This document shows, piece after piece, positions 23,127 to 35,300 of a DNA stretch of 64,000 nt. The stretch comes from Azolla caroliniana (Eukaryota; Plantae; Polypodiophyta), in assembly GCA_043228905.1 (NCBI GenBank), contig JBHGNT010000008.1, positions 14,818,001-14,882,000 of the forward strand, written 5' to 3'. How positions within the stretch are numbered: the stretch's first letter is position 1; the number at the start of each line of letters is the position of its first letter. Made by a program: the position numbers and the translations under genes. Below the pieces are notes generated by a model, which worked only from the letters and a program-made list of their open reading frames with translations, ran no database searches and had not been told where the DNA came from.

Positions 23127-24070
23127 CGTGTGGTGTGTGGGTGTGTCTGTGTGTATATTTATAGAAAGCAGGAGTTTTGAGGACCTTGAGATTTCTAGAG
23201 AGATGAGACACACACACATACAACCCAATATTTATGATCTTTGGAACACGTTTCTCTCTCACTCTCACTCTCACTCTCTCTCTCACTCTCTCTTCACTTT
23301 TTCGGTGATTTTTGTTTTCTTTTGAAATCTTTTGAAATCTTTTCGGTGATTTTTGTTTTCTTTTGAAATCTTTTGAAATCTTTTCGGTGATTTTTTCTTT
23401 TTTGTTGCTCTCCACTATTAGTGTGCACTATGTCTTAGGTTCCAAACCTGGTTTGCTTACCTCTCTGTTACTCCATAGATATCTCTTGAGTCTTAATTTA
23501 CTAGATGACACTCTATATTCTAAGGGTTAAACCCATAGCCCTCGGGTCTCCATTGGGCAAACTTACCAATTTAGCTACTATCACGGACAAGTAGACGAGG
23601 CTCAATACTAAGAGATTGAGAGAGGACTGTCATAGAGAAGATAATAAGAAAGAGAGGGAGAAAGTAGTCAAGAGAACAAGAACTGAATTATGATTCCATA
23701 ACTTGTGTTGTTCACCTTGACTAAGGCTAAGTTGAACCCCTGTATTTATACATGTTTATGGGCTCTAAATGTAGCCCCATGCAAAAGACTCATTTTCATT
23801 TTCATGCACAAGCTTATAGACTGTTCTAGCTTCTGGAGCTTTCTGGAAGCTTCTAAAATCCTACATGTAGAATAGATAATCTACAATAATCTAGTAAGGT
23901 AACATGATTATGGATTGGATGTATTGGTTAAAACATATCGATTAAATATAGTAGGTCAAGAGTTTGAATCATGACATGACTATTGTCATGTCCATGATAG
24001 CCACATCTATCCAAACTCTCTCTATGTACAATTTCCTCTTTTGCAAAGTAGAATGCCAACTCCCTATATT
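23127..24070 (+). repeat. Dispersed repeat A (GT/CT-microsatellite-rich), split by a solo LTR
   Basis: tgtggtgtgtgggtgtgt..tatagaaagcaggagttttg..gatctttggaacac..cttcactttttcggtgattttt also occurs at 53620-54780. Includes a short internal tandem repeat at 23300-23395. Confidence 0.8.
23579..23999 (-). mobile_element. Solo LTR, 421 bp
   Basis: Inverted ends TATCACGGACA...TGTCCATGATA and TSD GCTAC/GCCAC. The uninterrupted target is seen at ~54075 (gagctac|atcca). Confidence 0.7.
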
Positions 24071-24224
24071 TTTCGGCGCTTGTCAACAAAACACACACAC
24101 AAACTTTGTATAATCCTACCATTGAAAAAACATGTTCCAAGTTTTCTACCTGTCATCGAAGAAATAAATTCCAACTTTAAGTAATCATGTCCGAGTTTGT
24201 GGTTTTCATTCTCAACCTCGCGTT

Positions 24225-24336
24225 TGTCTGTGCTCCGTTTTGATGCTCTTAAAAGCCACAATTTTGAGGCACTTTGGTTGATGCTATGGCATCTGTAGCA
24301 AATTATTGTCTGTCTCTTTCGATAGAAACGTGCAAA
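24225..24336 (+). repeat. Dispersed repeat B (~110-130 bp); further copies at 53271-53403 and 54790-54903
   Basis: gctcttaa.agccaca.ttttgagg..cttt.gttgat.ctatg...tctcttt..tagaaa.gtgca occurs in three direct copies. Confidence 0.85.
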
Positions 24337-24606
24337 GGTGAAAGCATGCGAGTGGAAACAATTAGTTATGTCCTTGACATAGCTAATTAGCTATGCAAAA
24401 AACTACCAATGATAAATAGTCATTTTTGCACCATGAATGAAAACATTAGAATGTTTTAATTATATAAATGAGCACCATAAACGTGCACCATAAATGGATA
24501 TGTGCACCGTAGATTATATACCCAATTCCTAGGTCCATTATGCATGATCCATTTGCACATCACGTTGTCACTATTTAGGCTTAGATTACCTCCATTGTTC
24601 CTAAAC

Positions 24607-24920
24607 CCTATTGAGTCCACTCCTCCATTGCCGCTATTATACACTCAGTTGCCGCCATTGTGCAGTCGAAGCATCATTTGCCACTATTTGATCCAACGAA
24701 GTCCACTCCTCCATCGCTGCCATTCTACACTCAGTTGTCGCCACTATTCTGTCCAAGCATCATCTGCAATTGTTCACTCCTATTGAGTTCACTCCTCCAT
24801 TGCCATCATTCTACACTCAGTTGCCGCCACTGTGCGTTCCAAGCATCATCTGCCACTGTTCGATCCAACGGATTTTACTCCTCCATTGCCGCCATTCTAT
24901 AGTCAATTACCGCCATTGTT
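24607..24920 (+). repeat. ~86-bp tandem repeat, about 3.5 copies with an alternating (171-bp) pattern
   Basis: actcctccat at 24620, 24706, 24791 and 24877. Confidence 0.85.
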
Positions 24921-25949
24921 CGGTCCTAGATTGCTGCCACTGTTCAGCCCTAGATTGCAATAATTGTTCCGTTTGTTGATTATCCTGTGTATTGCGGAAT
25001 AATTTTGTGTATTTTTGTTGGACATAGTCATCTTAGCTCGTTCCCGATGGTGGTTGAGTAGCTATTACTCCGCTGCAACAAAAATAAACTTACCAACGGT
25101 GGGATCGCTCCTGTGAATAACCGGTTTGCATGTCATTTAGTAACAAGCTATGTGTCTTTTGGTTGTGGAAATTTACTAAAGAATATGTCAAGCCAAATGA
25201 AAGGGGAAGGAGGGTGTTTACCAATACCTCTCGTGGATCATCAGGATAGGGATGACGCTATCAGGACACAACAAGCAATACGAAAGTATTGGGCATAAAA
25301 AAACACAAAACATTGTCCATTGTTGCAGGATACGAAAGCCACATTCACTAAAGGTAAGCATAGCATTGGTTGCGATATAGGTCTGAATACCACTGAGAAT
25401 GGAAGTAATGATACTATTATCATAGAGAGAAAGGTTGTAGACTATTTCAATGTTCAGACCAAGCACATCAGCAATGAAGACAAGAAGGTAGTACTTTACG
25501 GAATATTAAATGATCCATCGATAAAGGAGTTTGTTGATTGTGACGGTCTTAATGCAAACATAACATCTGTACTAGTAAATAATCTCCGTAATAGTTTCAT
25601 ATCGATGAGCAGGTCAAAAGATGATACTCTCTTAAAAAGGTCTAGTCTAAGGTAATTGTGTTAGTAGAAAAATTGTGTACAATACAATGAACCGAATAAT
25701 TTCAAGTCGTGAAGGAACTAGTTTGCTAAAGCTAACTACAAGATGTAAGCCAATGACACCCATAACATCAAAAATCAAGGATATAATCACCATAGTTTGG
25801 ACTAATGAGAGTAGGATTTCCCCCAATAAGAAGGATATATGTAGGAAACGTGTTGGAAGGAGTCAATACGAGCAGAATCTCATTCATCTTCTTGATGTAC
25901 CTCAGGTATTTACATTTATCTCAACTTTTGTTTTGATTTTTAAGCTTAG

Positions 25950-27872
25950 TTAGTTAGCTAATTAACTACCTTAGAATATGATCATAGCTAATTAGCTACT
26001 AGTAATAGCTCAATAACGATTGACAATAGCTAACTTAACTATTATCAGCTAATTAGCTATCTCAGAGTATAACCATATCTATTTAGCTATTACCAGTACC
26101 TAATTAGCTACCTTAGAATACGACCATAGCTAACTAGCTACTGGTAATAGGTAAATAGCGATTAACAATAGCGAACTTAGCTGTTATCAGCTAGTTAGCT
26201 ACCACAATAGCTAATTAGCTATTTCAGAATACGACCATAGCTAATTAGGTACCTCAAAATTTGATCATAGCTAACTAGCCACTGGTAATAGCTAAATAGT
26301 TATTGCCAATACTAAACTTAGCTATTATCAGCTAATTAGCTACCACAATAGCTAATTAGCTACATCAGAATATGATCATAGCTAACTAGTTACTGGTGTA
26401 GCAGTTAATTAGCTACCAAAATAGCTAATTAGTTAGCTCCGAATATGACCATAGCTAACTAGCTAATGGTAACAGGTAAATAGCTATTGCCCATACTAAA
26501 CTAAGCTATTATCAGCTAATTAGCTACCACAATAACTAATTAGCTACCTCAGAATATGACCATAGCTAACTAGCTAATGGTAATAGCTAAATAGCTATTG
26601 CCAATACTAAACTAAGCTATTATCAACTAATTAGCTACCACAATAGCTAATTAGCTAACTCAGAATATGACCATAGCTAACTAGCTAATGGTAATAGCTA
26701 AATAGCTATTGCCAATACTAAACTAAGCTATTATCAGCTAATTAGCTACCACAATAGCTAATTAGCTAACTCAGAATATGACCATAGCTAACTAGCTAAT
26801 TAGCTGATAATAGCCTAGTTTAGTATTGGCAATAACTATTTAGCTATTACCATTAGCTAGTTAGCTATGGTCATATTTTGAGGTAGCTAATTAGCTATTG
26901 TGGTAGCTAATTAGCTATGTTCATATTCTGAGGTAGGTAATTAGCTATTGCAGTAGCTAATTAGCGATGGTCATATTTTGAGATATCTAATTAGCAATTG
27001 TGGTAGCTAATTAGCTACCTCAGAATATGATCATAGCTAACTAGTTACTGATGTAGCAGCTAATTAGCTATCTCAGAATATGACCATAGCTAATTAGCTA
27101 CTGCAATAGCTAATTACCTACCTCAGAATATGAACATAGCTAATTAGCTACCACAATAGCTAATTAGCTACCTTAGAATATGACCATTGCTAACTAGCTA
27201 ATGGTAATAGCTAAATAGCTATTGCCAATACTAAACTAAGCTATTATCAGCTAATTAGCTACCACAATAGTTATAGCTAATTAGCTACCTTAGAATATGA
27301 CCATAGCTAAGTAGCTACTGTTAATAGCTATTTAACTATTGCCAATAGTAAACTTAACACTTATTAGCTAATTAGCTATTATGAGTAGCTAATTTACTAT
27401 TGGCAGTAGCTCATTAGCTACCTTAATAGCTAATTAGCTACTGGCAATAGCTTGTTAGCTAATTAGCTACTACCAATAGCTAATTACCTATGTCAAGAGC
27501 GAATTAGTTATTAAGGTAGCTAATTAAATATTGTTAATAGCTATTTAGCTATTGGCAATAGCTAACTAGCTATGTCAATAGCTAATTAGCTATAGTCAAT
27601 GGCTAATTACCTACTCTTAATAGCTAATTAGCTACAATCAATAGCTAATTAGCTACTAGCAATAGCTAATGAGCTAGATGTCAAGAGCTATCTATTGAGG
27701 TAGCTCATTAGCTATAGTCAATAGCTAGTTAGCTACTCTCAATAGCTAATTAGCTATTGACCATAGATAATTAGCTATGTCTATATCTAATTAGCTACTC
27801 TTAATAGCTAATTAGCTACTACGAGAGTATGATCATAGCTAATCAGCTACCACACTATATCTAACTAGCTAC
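25950..27872. repeat. Intronic satellite built on the palindrome TAGCTAATTAGCTA (111-bp higher-order unit, internal inversion)
   Basis: cagaatatgaccatagcta at 26550, 26661 and 26772. The segment ~26797-27010 is in reverse orientation. Confidence 0.95.
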
Positions 27873-28279
27873 ATCGGGGAGCATTTTTTATACTCACTGG
27901 ACTCCCTTTTTATTATGCAAGTTGATTTATTTATTAGGTTCAAGCGAATGCATCCAAATATCAAAGTTCAACTAGGAACATTTGAATCTCTTAAGCCACA
28001 CTTTGTGAGACGCTTAAAGGATCGATACTATGGTGTTGCATTTACCATGTACAACTGGGTTTTCTCAAGGACTCTGTTAATCTACTACGTCACAATAGCT
28101 CCTCCCTAGAGGATGTAGTTTGCACTTGTGAATGGCCAATTGGTGGATCTAGCTTGCAAGAGCATTGAAAATCATCAGTACATGTTATCTCTTCCATGAG
28201 TGGTGTTTTAGATTCAGTATTGTGTTTGAGAGAATCTGAGGCTATCTTCCACAGTAATAAATGTGTCATGGGTTTATGT

Positions 28280-28462
28280 CAAGATTGTGGCCCTCGTAGA
28301 TTTAGGTGGTGTCCAAAAGAGTTGAGTTGTGAAACATTAATCTCTATCAAGTTTTTTGAGTCTATGGACACCAAGATTGTGGCCCTCGTAGATTTAGGTG
28401 GTGTCCAAAAGAGTTGAGTTGTGAAACATTAATCTCTATCAAGTTTTTTGAGTCTATGGATA
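28280..28462 (+). repeat. 92-bp tandem duplication inside the transposase
   Basis: caagattgtggccctcgtag starts at 28280 and again at 28372. Confidence 0.9.
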
Positions 28463-30859
28463 CTATAATGTTTTTTGAAACATTATAGTATCTCTAGGAA
28501 AGTTCATTAAACACAACTTCATTTATTAATGGCAGGCCCATCAGTTTAAGACTTGCAAATATGATTTTCCAAATGATGCAGTAGACTTAGTTGTAGATTT
28601 CATAGAGAATTATACTTTCAAGTAGCATAATAAAATTCAATCCATGCATTGGTGTTCAATGCAAGTAACCATTTTTGTGCACATAACATATTTTCGAGTT
28701 TCAGGTGATGTTAAGAAAGTAATTCATTTTTTTATTTTTGATGATTAGAAGCATGATACCTTGTTTGTCCAACACTACTTTAAGTTACATTGGTATGGTC
28801 TAACGGAGCTACGTCACAAACCAAGGCTAGACGTCCATTTTATTTTGTTGGGAGGTATCCTTCTTTAACAAGTTTGGAGGTGAGATGGAATTTTTTTGGG
28901 TCTGACCATGGTAAAGGTGAACATGATGGAGCAGGTGCAATTACAAAGTGGGCACTTACCCATGAACAACTAAAGGTAGATGGTGTGCATATGAATTGTG
29001 CAGCACATGTAATCGAATTTTTAAGAGCTAATATGTCAACGAGTGCAACTAGTGTTTATTCCTCGTAGGTCTAAGATATCTAACGTAAATTTTGGGAAGT
29101 GAAGATAGATGAAGTAAATAGGGAGAAGACCTAGGAGTGCCAAGGAATTCCCGAATTGCGATCTCTCCATGTTGTTCGGGGTTATTCTAGGTTGGATGAT
29201 CATTGTATTGCAGTTAGAGAATTAACTTGTTTTTGCTTCCATTGTGTGCAGGGAAATTGGAGGTATTGATTAAACAAAGCATATATTCAAAATTGGGAGT
29301 ACCATACATAGAATGATAAGGACCGAGCGGATGGAGAAACAGAAAACAATGTTGACTTCACATATCAGGGTTGTGGAGATACTCTGAGTGATGTCATAAA
29401 CGTTGGGAATAATTTCGTTGTAAATTGTTGAGAATCAAGCTCAACTCGGTCTAGTGTGTGAACTCACCTTGAGAGTGAATAGACACTCCAACGATCAAGA
29501 GTCACCATTAAGTCACCACTTTGTATTCTAGCCTTTAGTACGAGTCATAGAATCATATTCTATGACACATAACTTATGAGCTTTCACATTCCCCATGCTC
29601 CATGAGTCTTGTAGTTAATGAAGAGAGAGGGCGACTATATAAAGCACTCTCCTCCCACCTTGTATTATGTTGAGTCTTTCTCCTTTGTTTATATAATCTA
29701 CCTTGCGTATACTCTGTGTCTTACTCCTTGTCTCTCTCACTCTCTCTCTCTCTCTCTCATACACACACAGTTCACACCTATTCCGCTACACAAGAATCAT
29801 ACCCGATTCTTTACATGGTATTAGAGCGATTTGGTAGCTCGATCTAGCCCATTCGCCTCATTGTGATCGTGTGTTGTGCTCTACGCCGACGACCAAGAAC
29901 CGGCTCATCGCTATCATAGCTTCGCTACATAGCTCACATTCGAAGAGAGAAGAAGAAGAAGAAGAAGAAGAATCGACATAATGAATACTCAAATGGGGAG
30001 CGCTCTCCCTACCGAGAAGTTGGATCGAAACAACTTCGCATCTTGGGAATACAAGATGCACCAATACCTTGTCGGACAAGGCTATTGGAGATACATCAAA
30101 GGAGAGCACGAAGACCGACCCGCTGAAGCGGCTCCTGGATACGCGACATGGGAGCAAGCCGCAAGCCGCATGATGTATTGCTTGGAAACATGTGTTCATG
30201 ATCACATGCTCGACTACATTCGCGAAGCCAAGACGCCAAAGGAGGCATGGGAAAATCTACGAAAGATTTTCGCGGCCAACACAACCGCAAGAAGGCTTCA
30301 ACTCTGCCAAGAGTTGAACATCACCCAACAACGGGACATGTCTATCACGACATACACCTTGAAGATCAAGGAGCTTTGTGACTCGCTCGGCTCGATAAGC
30401 ATAAGTATAAATGATGATGAGATGGTGCAAATATGCCTCGGCGGCCTCGCACCACGGTTCGGCGTGATGCGAACTGCCGTTCTGGCAAGGGAGAAATCTC
30501 CCTCCTTCTTTGAGCTCCAATCAATGCTATTGGTCGAAGAAAACCATGTCCGTACAAGGAGCAATGAGTCGGAAGGCTACATGCTCTACACGCACTCGAA
30601 CGAAGGAAGAGGACGCGGACGAGCAAGAGGCCGATTTGGCCAAGGACAAGGCAGACGAGGTCCGACCTATGACAACAACTCCCAATTTCGGCCGCAAAAT
30701 GGAAGCCAACGAGGAACCTTCACAAGAAGGGGGAGCTTCCACTCTATCCCGAGCCGTCAAAACACAACGGAATGTGGATATTGAGGAAGCTCGGCCACCA
30801 CGAAGAAGAGTGCCGAAAGAAGATGCGCGAATCGGCTTCCACAAGCCGACAACTCATGA

Positions 30860-31040
30860 ATTACGCGCACAATTCTGACTACGAAGAGTATAGTGGAATG
30901 TACGGGCACAAATCCAACTACGAAGATCGTGGCGGAATGTATGCACACAACTCCGATAGTGGCGGAGTGTACGGGCACAACTCCGACTACGAAGATTGTG
31001 GCGGAATGTATGCACACAACTCCGACCGTGGCGGAATGTT
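30860..31040 (+). repeat. In-frame 30/39-bp tandem repeat (YAHNSDYEDRGGM-like, 5 copies) in the gag-protease linker
   Basis: ggcggaatgtatgcacacaactccga recurs; visible in ORF 30772-31494. Confidence 0.85.
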
Positions 31041-32310
31041 CATGATGAAACATAGAGCAAACTCTATGTTGGCCTCTACCTCAACTAGTGCCTCTGGTCT
31101 AGAAGACGTATGGTTTGTCAATTCCGGTGCCTCGAACCATATGACATCGCATCAACAATGGTTCCAAGAACTTCAAGAGCCGGACCGACCCGGCTATGTC
31201 GAAACCGGAGACGACACTACGCACTCGATTCGGCACATCGGCAATGTTCCGTTCGGAAAAGAAGGTGAGCAAAATTACATTAAAAATGTCTTGCATGTAC
31301 TGACCATTACGAAGAATTTGGTCTCCGTCGGCCAAATTGTAGAGCAAGGGATGCAAGTTCGATTTAATCAAGACGGTTGCTTCATCGAAAAAGAGGGCCC
31401 ACTCATCGCACAACGGACGAAGATAGGGCCGAATGTTCATTCTCGACTCACACGAGACGAAATCGGCCATGTTCGCAAAGGGCATGAAAGCTGACTCCGA
31501 CATAGAGCTGTGGCACAAGCGAATCGGCCACATCAATATCAACAAACTCAAAGCAATGAAATCGAAAGGAGACGTCATCGAACTCCCGACATTCAAAGAG
31601 AAGGAGATTGAAGTTGTATGCGAAGCGTGCCAATTCGGCAAGCAACACCGACACCCATTCCCGAAAGATCGGAACGTGAGCAAAGGTCTACTCGATGTCA
31701 TCCATTCCAACGTATGGGGACCGGCGCGGACGGGTACATTCGGCGGATGCCGATATTACGTGCTCTTCATCGACGACTTCTCTAGGCACACTTGGATCTA
31801 CCCGATGCGGCAAAAGAGCGAAGTGTTCGAACACTTCCAAACTTTCAAGAATGAAGTCGAGAAAGCCACAGGCCGACATGTACGTTGTCTTCGATCGGAT
31901 GGCGGCAAGGAGTACTTCTTGGACGTTTTCACGGCATATCTCCGAAAGGAAGGATTCGGCGAGAATTCACTTGCCGACACACTCCGCAACAAAACGGAGT
32001 AGCCGAGCGCAAAAATCGGCACATCCTCGAAGTAGCACGGGCCATGATGAACGAGAAGCATATGCCCAAGTCATATTGGGCCGAAGCTGCAAATACGACC
32101 ATCTACCTAATGAACCGATGCTCAACATCCGGCGTGCATGAGGTCACTCCGCGCGAAAAATACTTCGGAAAGAAGCTGGACTTATCGCACACCCGGATAT
32201 TCGGCGCGATAGCGTACGTGCACATCCCCAACAAGAAGCGTCAAAAGCTTGACCCGAAGTCGGAGAAATGTATCCTCGTAGGATACTCACTGGAGCAAAA
32301 GGGGTACAAG

Positions 32311-35300
32311 TGTTACGAGCATGACCATATAATATCCCGTGGTAAGAATTTACCGTAGTATTCTATACACGTGGATAAGTGTGAGGGTTAAACGAGAGTG
32401 TAAAGAAGGGGAGGATTACTTTTAATCCTCGGGATTGAGACAACCCATTAGGTCAAGTGTGAACTTGCCTGGGGGCCTTGGGTATCGCTATAAATAAGAG
32501 GCCTAGCTACCCTCATTTGATCATCTTTTGACTACATCGAGACTCTGCTCGTGTGGTGGGTCAACTCTTGTAGCGAGCGCGCCAGCACCAGGTACGAATC
32601 GACGCCACGGCGGTGGTATGGGACGCCGATCGAGGCTCGAGTCCGTCTCGATCCCTTCGCTCGGGGGTGGTCGGGTGGATCGGCATCCTTCTTTCTCTTT
32701 CTCCTTTCTATCTATGTTTTCATTATCCTTATCTTAAGCTTACATTAGTACTATGATCTAGAATATTTGGTATCAGATTTTTGTACTAATGTTTCTTTGT
32801 TTTTCATTTGTCTTTTGATTGATGCTGATCGATCGTTGTGCGGTTGGCCTTGATCCAGACAACGATCAACAAAGAACTTCGGTAACTCTTTCCAGAATTT
32901 TTCTTTCTATTCTCTCTTCTCCCATCTAATCATGTGTTTAGTTTATATGTAATTTTTTTCATTAAATCAATGATGTTGTAGTGGTCTTTAATTGATTATC
33001 TAAAACGTTTACATATGTGCACGAGGTCAATACTTCGTTTGACATATTGATAATATGTGATGAGTGTCGTATGCGTACGAGGTTAATACCTCAATTACGT
33101 ATTACGTTCACGAACATATGTTACGTTTGCGTATGAGTTTAATACCTTGATTTGTTGTAAACGATATGCGTTTGGTCTCGTATGCGTAAGAGGTCAATAC
33201 CTCCATTGCGTATTACGATGATCTCTTATTTGTGGATGTTTCGTGTGCGTAGAGGTATATACCTCGATTACGTATCTCGATCACATCATTTGTGGCTATT
33301 TACTATAACGATATGTTTAATATAGGCATATGTGGTCACATATATACGTATTTGATCGTATATATGTGATGACTAAACATATGTGTATATTCGTTATTAC
33401 GTGATTATATCGAAGGTTGTCATGGTCGGGAAAAGGATGTTGGTGGCCGTCCTCACATTTTTGTGAGAATGGCGTTGTCACCATCCCTTTTTCAACATTT
33501 TTTTATTGTTGATAACCCCGTTGACGACCTCGATTTCGTTACGTAAAGAAACGCGAATAGCCAAAATGATGTTGAGTACGTAGGGCTTGACCCACTTCAA
33601 GTGAGGTCGCTCCAATGACGCACGTATCCAACATCCCTCCCTCGTTACATGGATACGATGCCACCATGAGCTCGTTCTTACGAGAGGCATTCATAATGAC
33701 GTGACCATGTGATGGCCCACGTGAGCCTACTACGAAACGAGGGCTCATTTGGCTTGACCATTAGGTTGCCCTTTGGCATATGCCATCGTAATTACGAGAC
33801 TTGAGGTTAGGTAACGTACCAACATAGTTTTGGTAAATGAGGGCGAAATAAGGACCTTGACATATATGTTCTTTTAAAAAAACATATATGATCAATTGCC
33901 TCGCATATCTCTTATACGCATCAAACATTAAGCATTCGAGAAGAGCAACTTACTTGGTTGGCTCAAGTGTTTAATGTATTTGTTCTCGAGGTCTCGAGTT
34001 CAAATATGACCAAGACCATACAACATCCTTGATACATATGACTATAACACATGTTTAGACTTAAGGTCTAAGTGCACCTCGGGGTCCTCGTAATAGGACT
34101 TAAAGAGCCGAAACCACTTATGTGGGCACCGAAACATAGTTTATTGTTAACATTTTTTTTCGTGTATAAACTATTCATGACGCGAACATACATGGTTGAG
34201 CCTCGGGGAGCCACCATGAAAAAATCGATATAGAGATCAGGGAAAGACATTTATTTGTCACCCCCATGGTTTTTAAAACACCTTTGTGTTACCATAGTAA
34301 CCTGATCTTGAACCTCATCTCATACGTCTAGAGGGGTATTGACGTGAGATAATGATATCGATTAATGCTCGCCCATGATATGTTTAAATCACGACAAGAT
34401 GTTATGACTATATCTCTGACCTTATCCTATTTCTTTTCCAGAAATAATCTTTAATGGCTCAAATTAACGACCCGATGTCATCCGCTCAAGCGGAAGGAAC
34501 TCAAGGGAATCCTCCTGGACAAATGTCCACTGAGATGTATTTGGCACAAATAACCCAATTCCTTAGTTTCACTGCTCAACAGATGACCGAACTTCGGCAA
34601 TCTCAGAGTGCTCTTGAGGCACGTGTCATTAGTCTACAACGTGAGACTAATAGACCTGATGAGCGACAAGGTGAACCATCATTTGTCGTTAAGCCATTTA
34701 CGGGAGACAAAAAGGAAAGAACCGAAGAAGCAATCTGCACATGGCTGGGACGATGGGAGTCTCATTTTGAGCTCTATCCCACGCCAGATAGTACGAAGAT
34801 TGCATATGTCGGCCGAGAACTCGGGGGTAAGGCTGCCGCCTGGTGGCGTGGGCTCCGTACTATGGGGAAATTGCCCGATACCTGGACAGATTTTGTCATG
34901 GTTTTTAAGGGCCAATTTCTGCAACCTCCCTCTCGAACCGAGGCAGCACAAGCTTTAATGAACCTCTCTAGCAGGAAATTTTCCTCGCTAGAAGACTATG
35001 TTCACCATGCTAGAACCCAAATCCAAAAATCGGGTCTAGAAGGGGACAATTGGTTGATAGCTTGTTTTGTCAATGGCATCCCCAATTCGGACTATCACTG
35101 GATAGTGCACGATAAGGATCCAAAATCCTTCGAAGAGGCCGTTGAAATAGTTCTTCGCTATCAACGCACTTCGAAGAAGGACCATAACAAACCCAACGAA
35201 GCGCCCGGGACTAAGCAGTCGCAATTTGTTGGGAAACGCAAGACACCCAACGAATTCCTGGATCGCGATTGTAAGCGACAACATCCTTTTTGTGTATTCT

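Noticed and set aside
32528-32748. Small ORFs duplicated at 39091-39311
   Set aside because: They are simply part of the paired LTRs.
33012-33280. CRISPR-like repeat/spacer appearance
   Set aside because: Repeats are degenerate, there are no cas genes, and the array sits in a eukaryotic retroelement leader. Kept as a hairpin array instead.
33953-34014. tRNA-like A/B boxes in the chromovirus leader
   Set aside because: Too short for a cloverleaf, and the A-box region also pairs with 33921-33940 as an ordinary hairpin.
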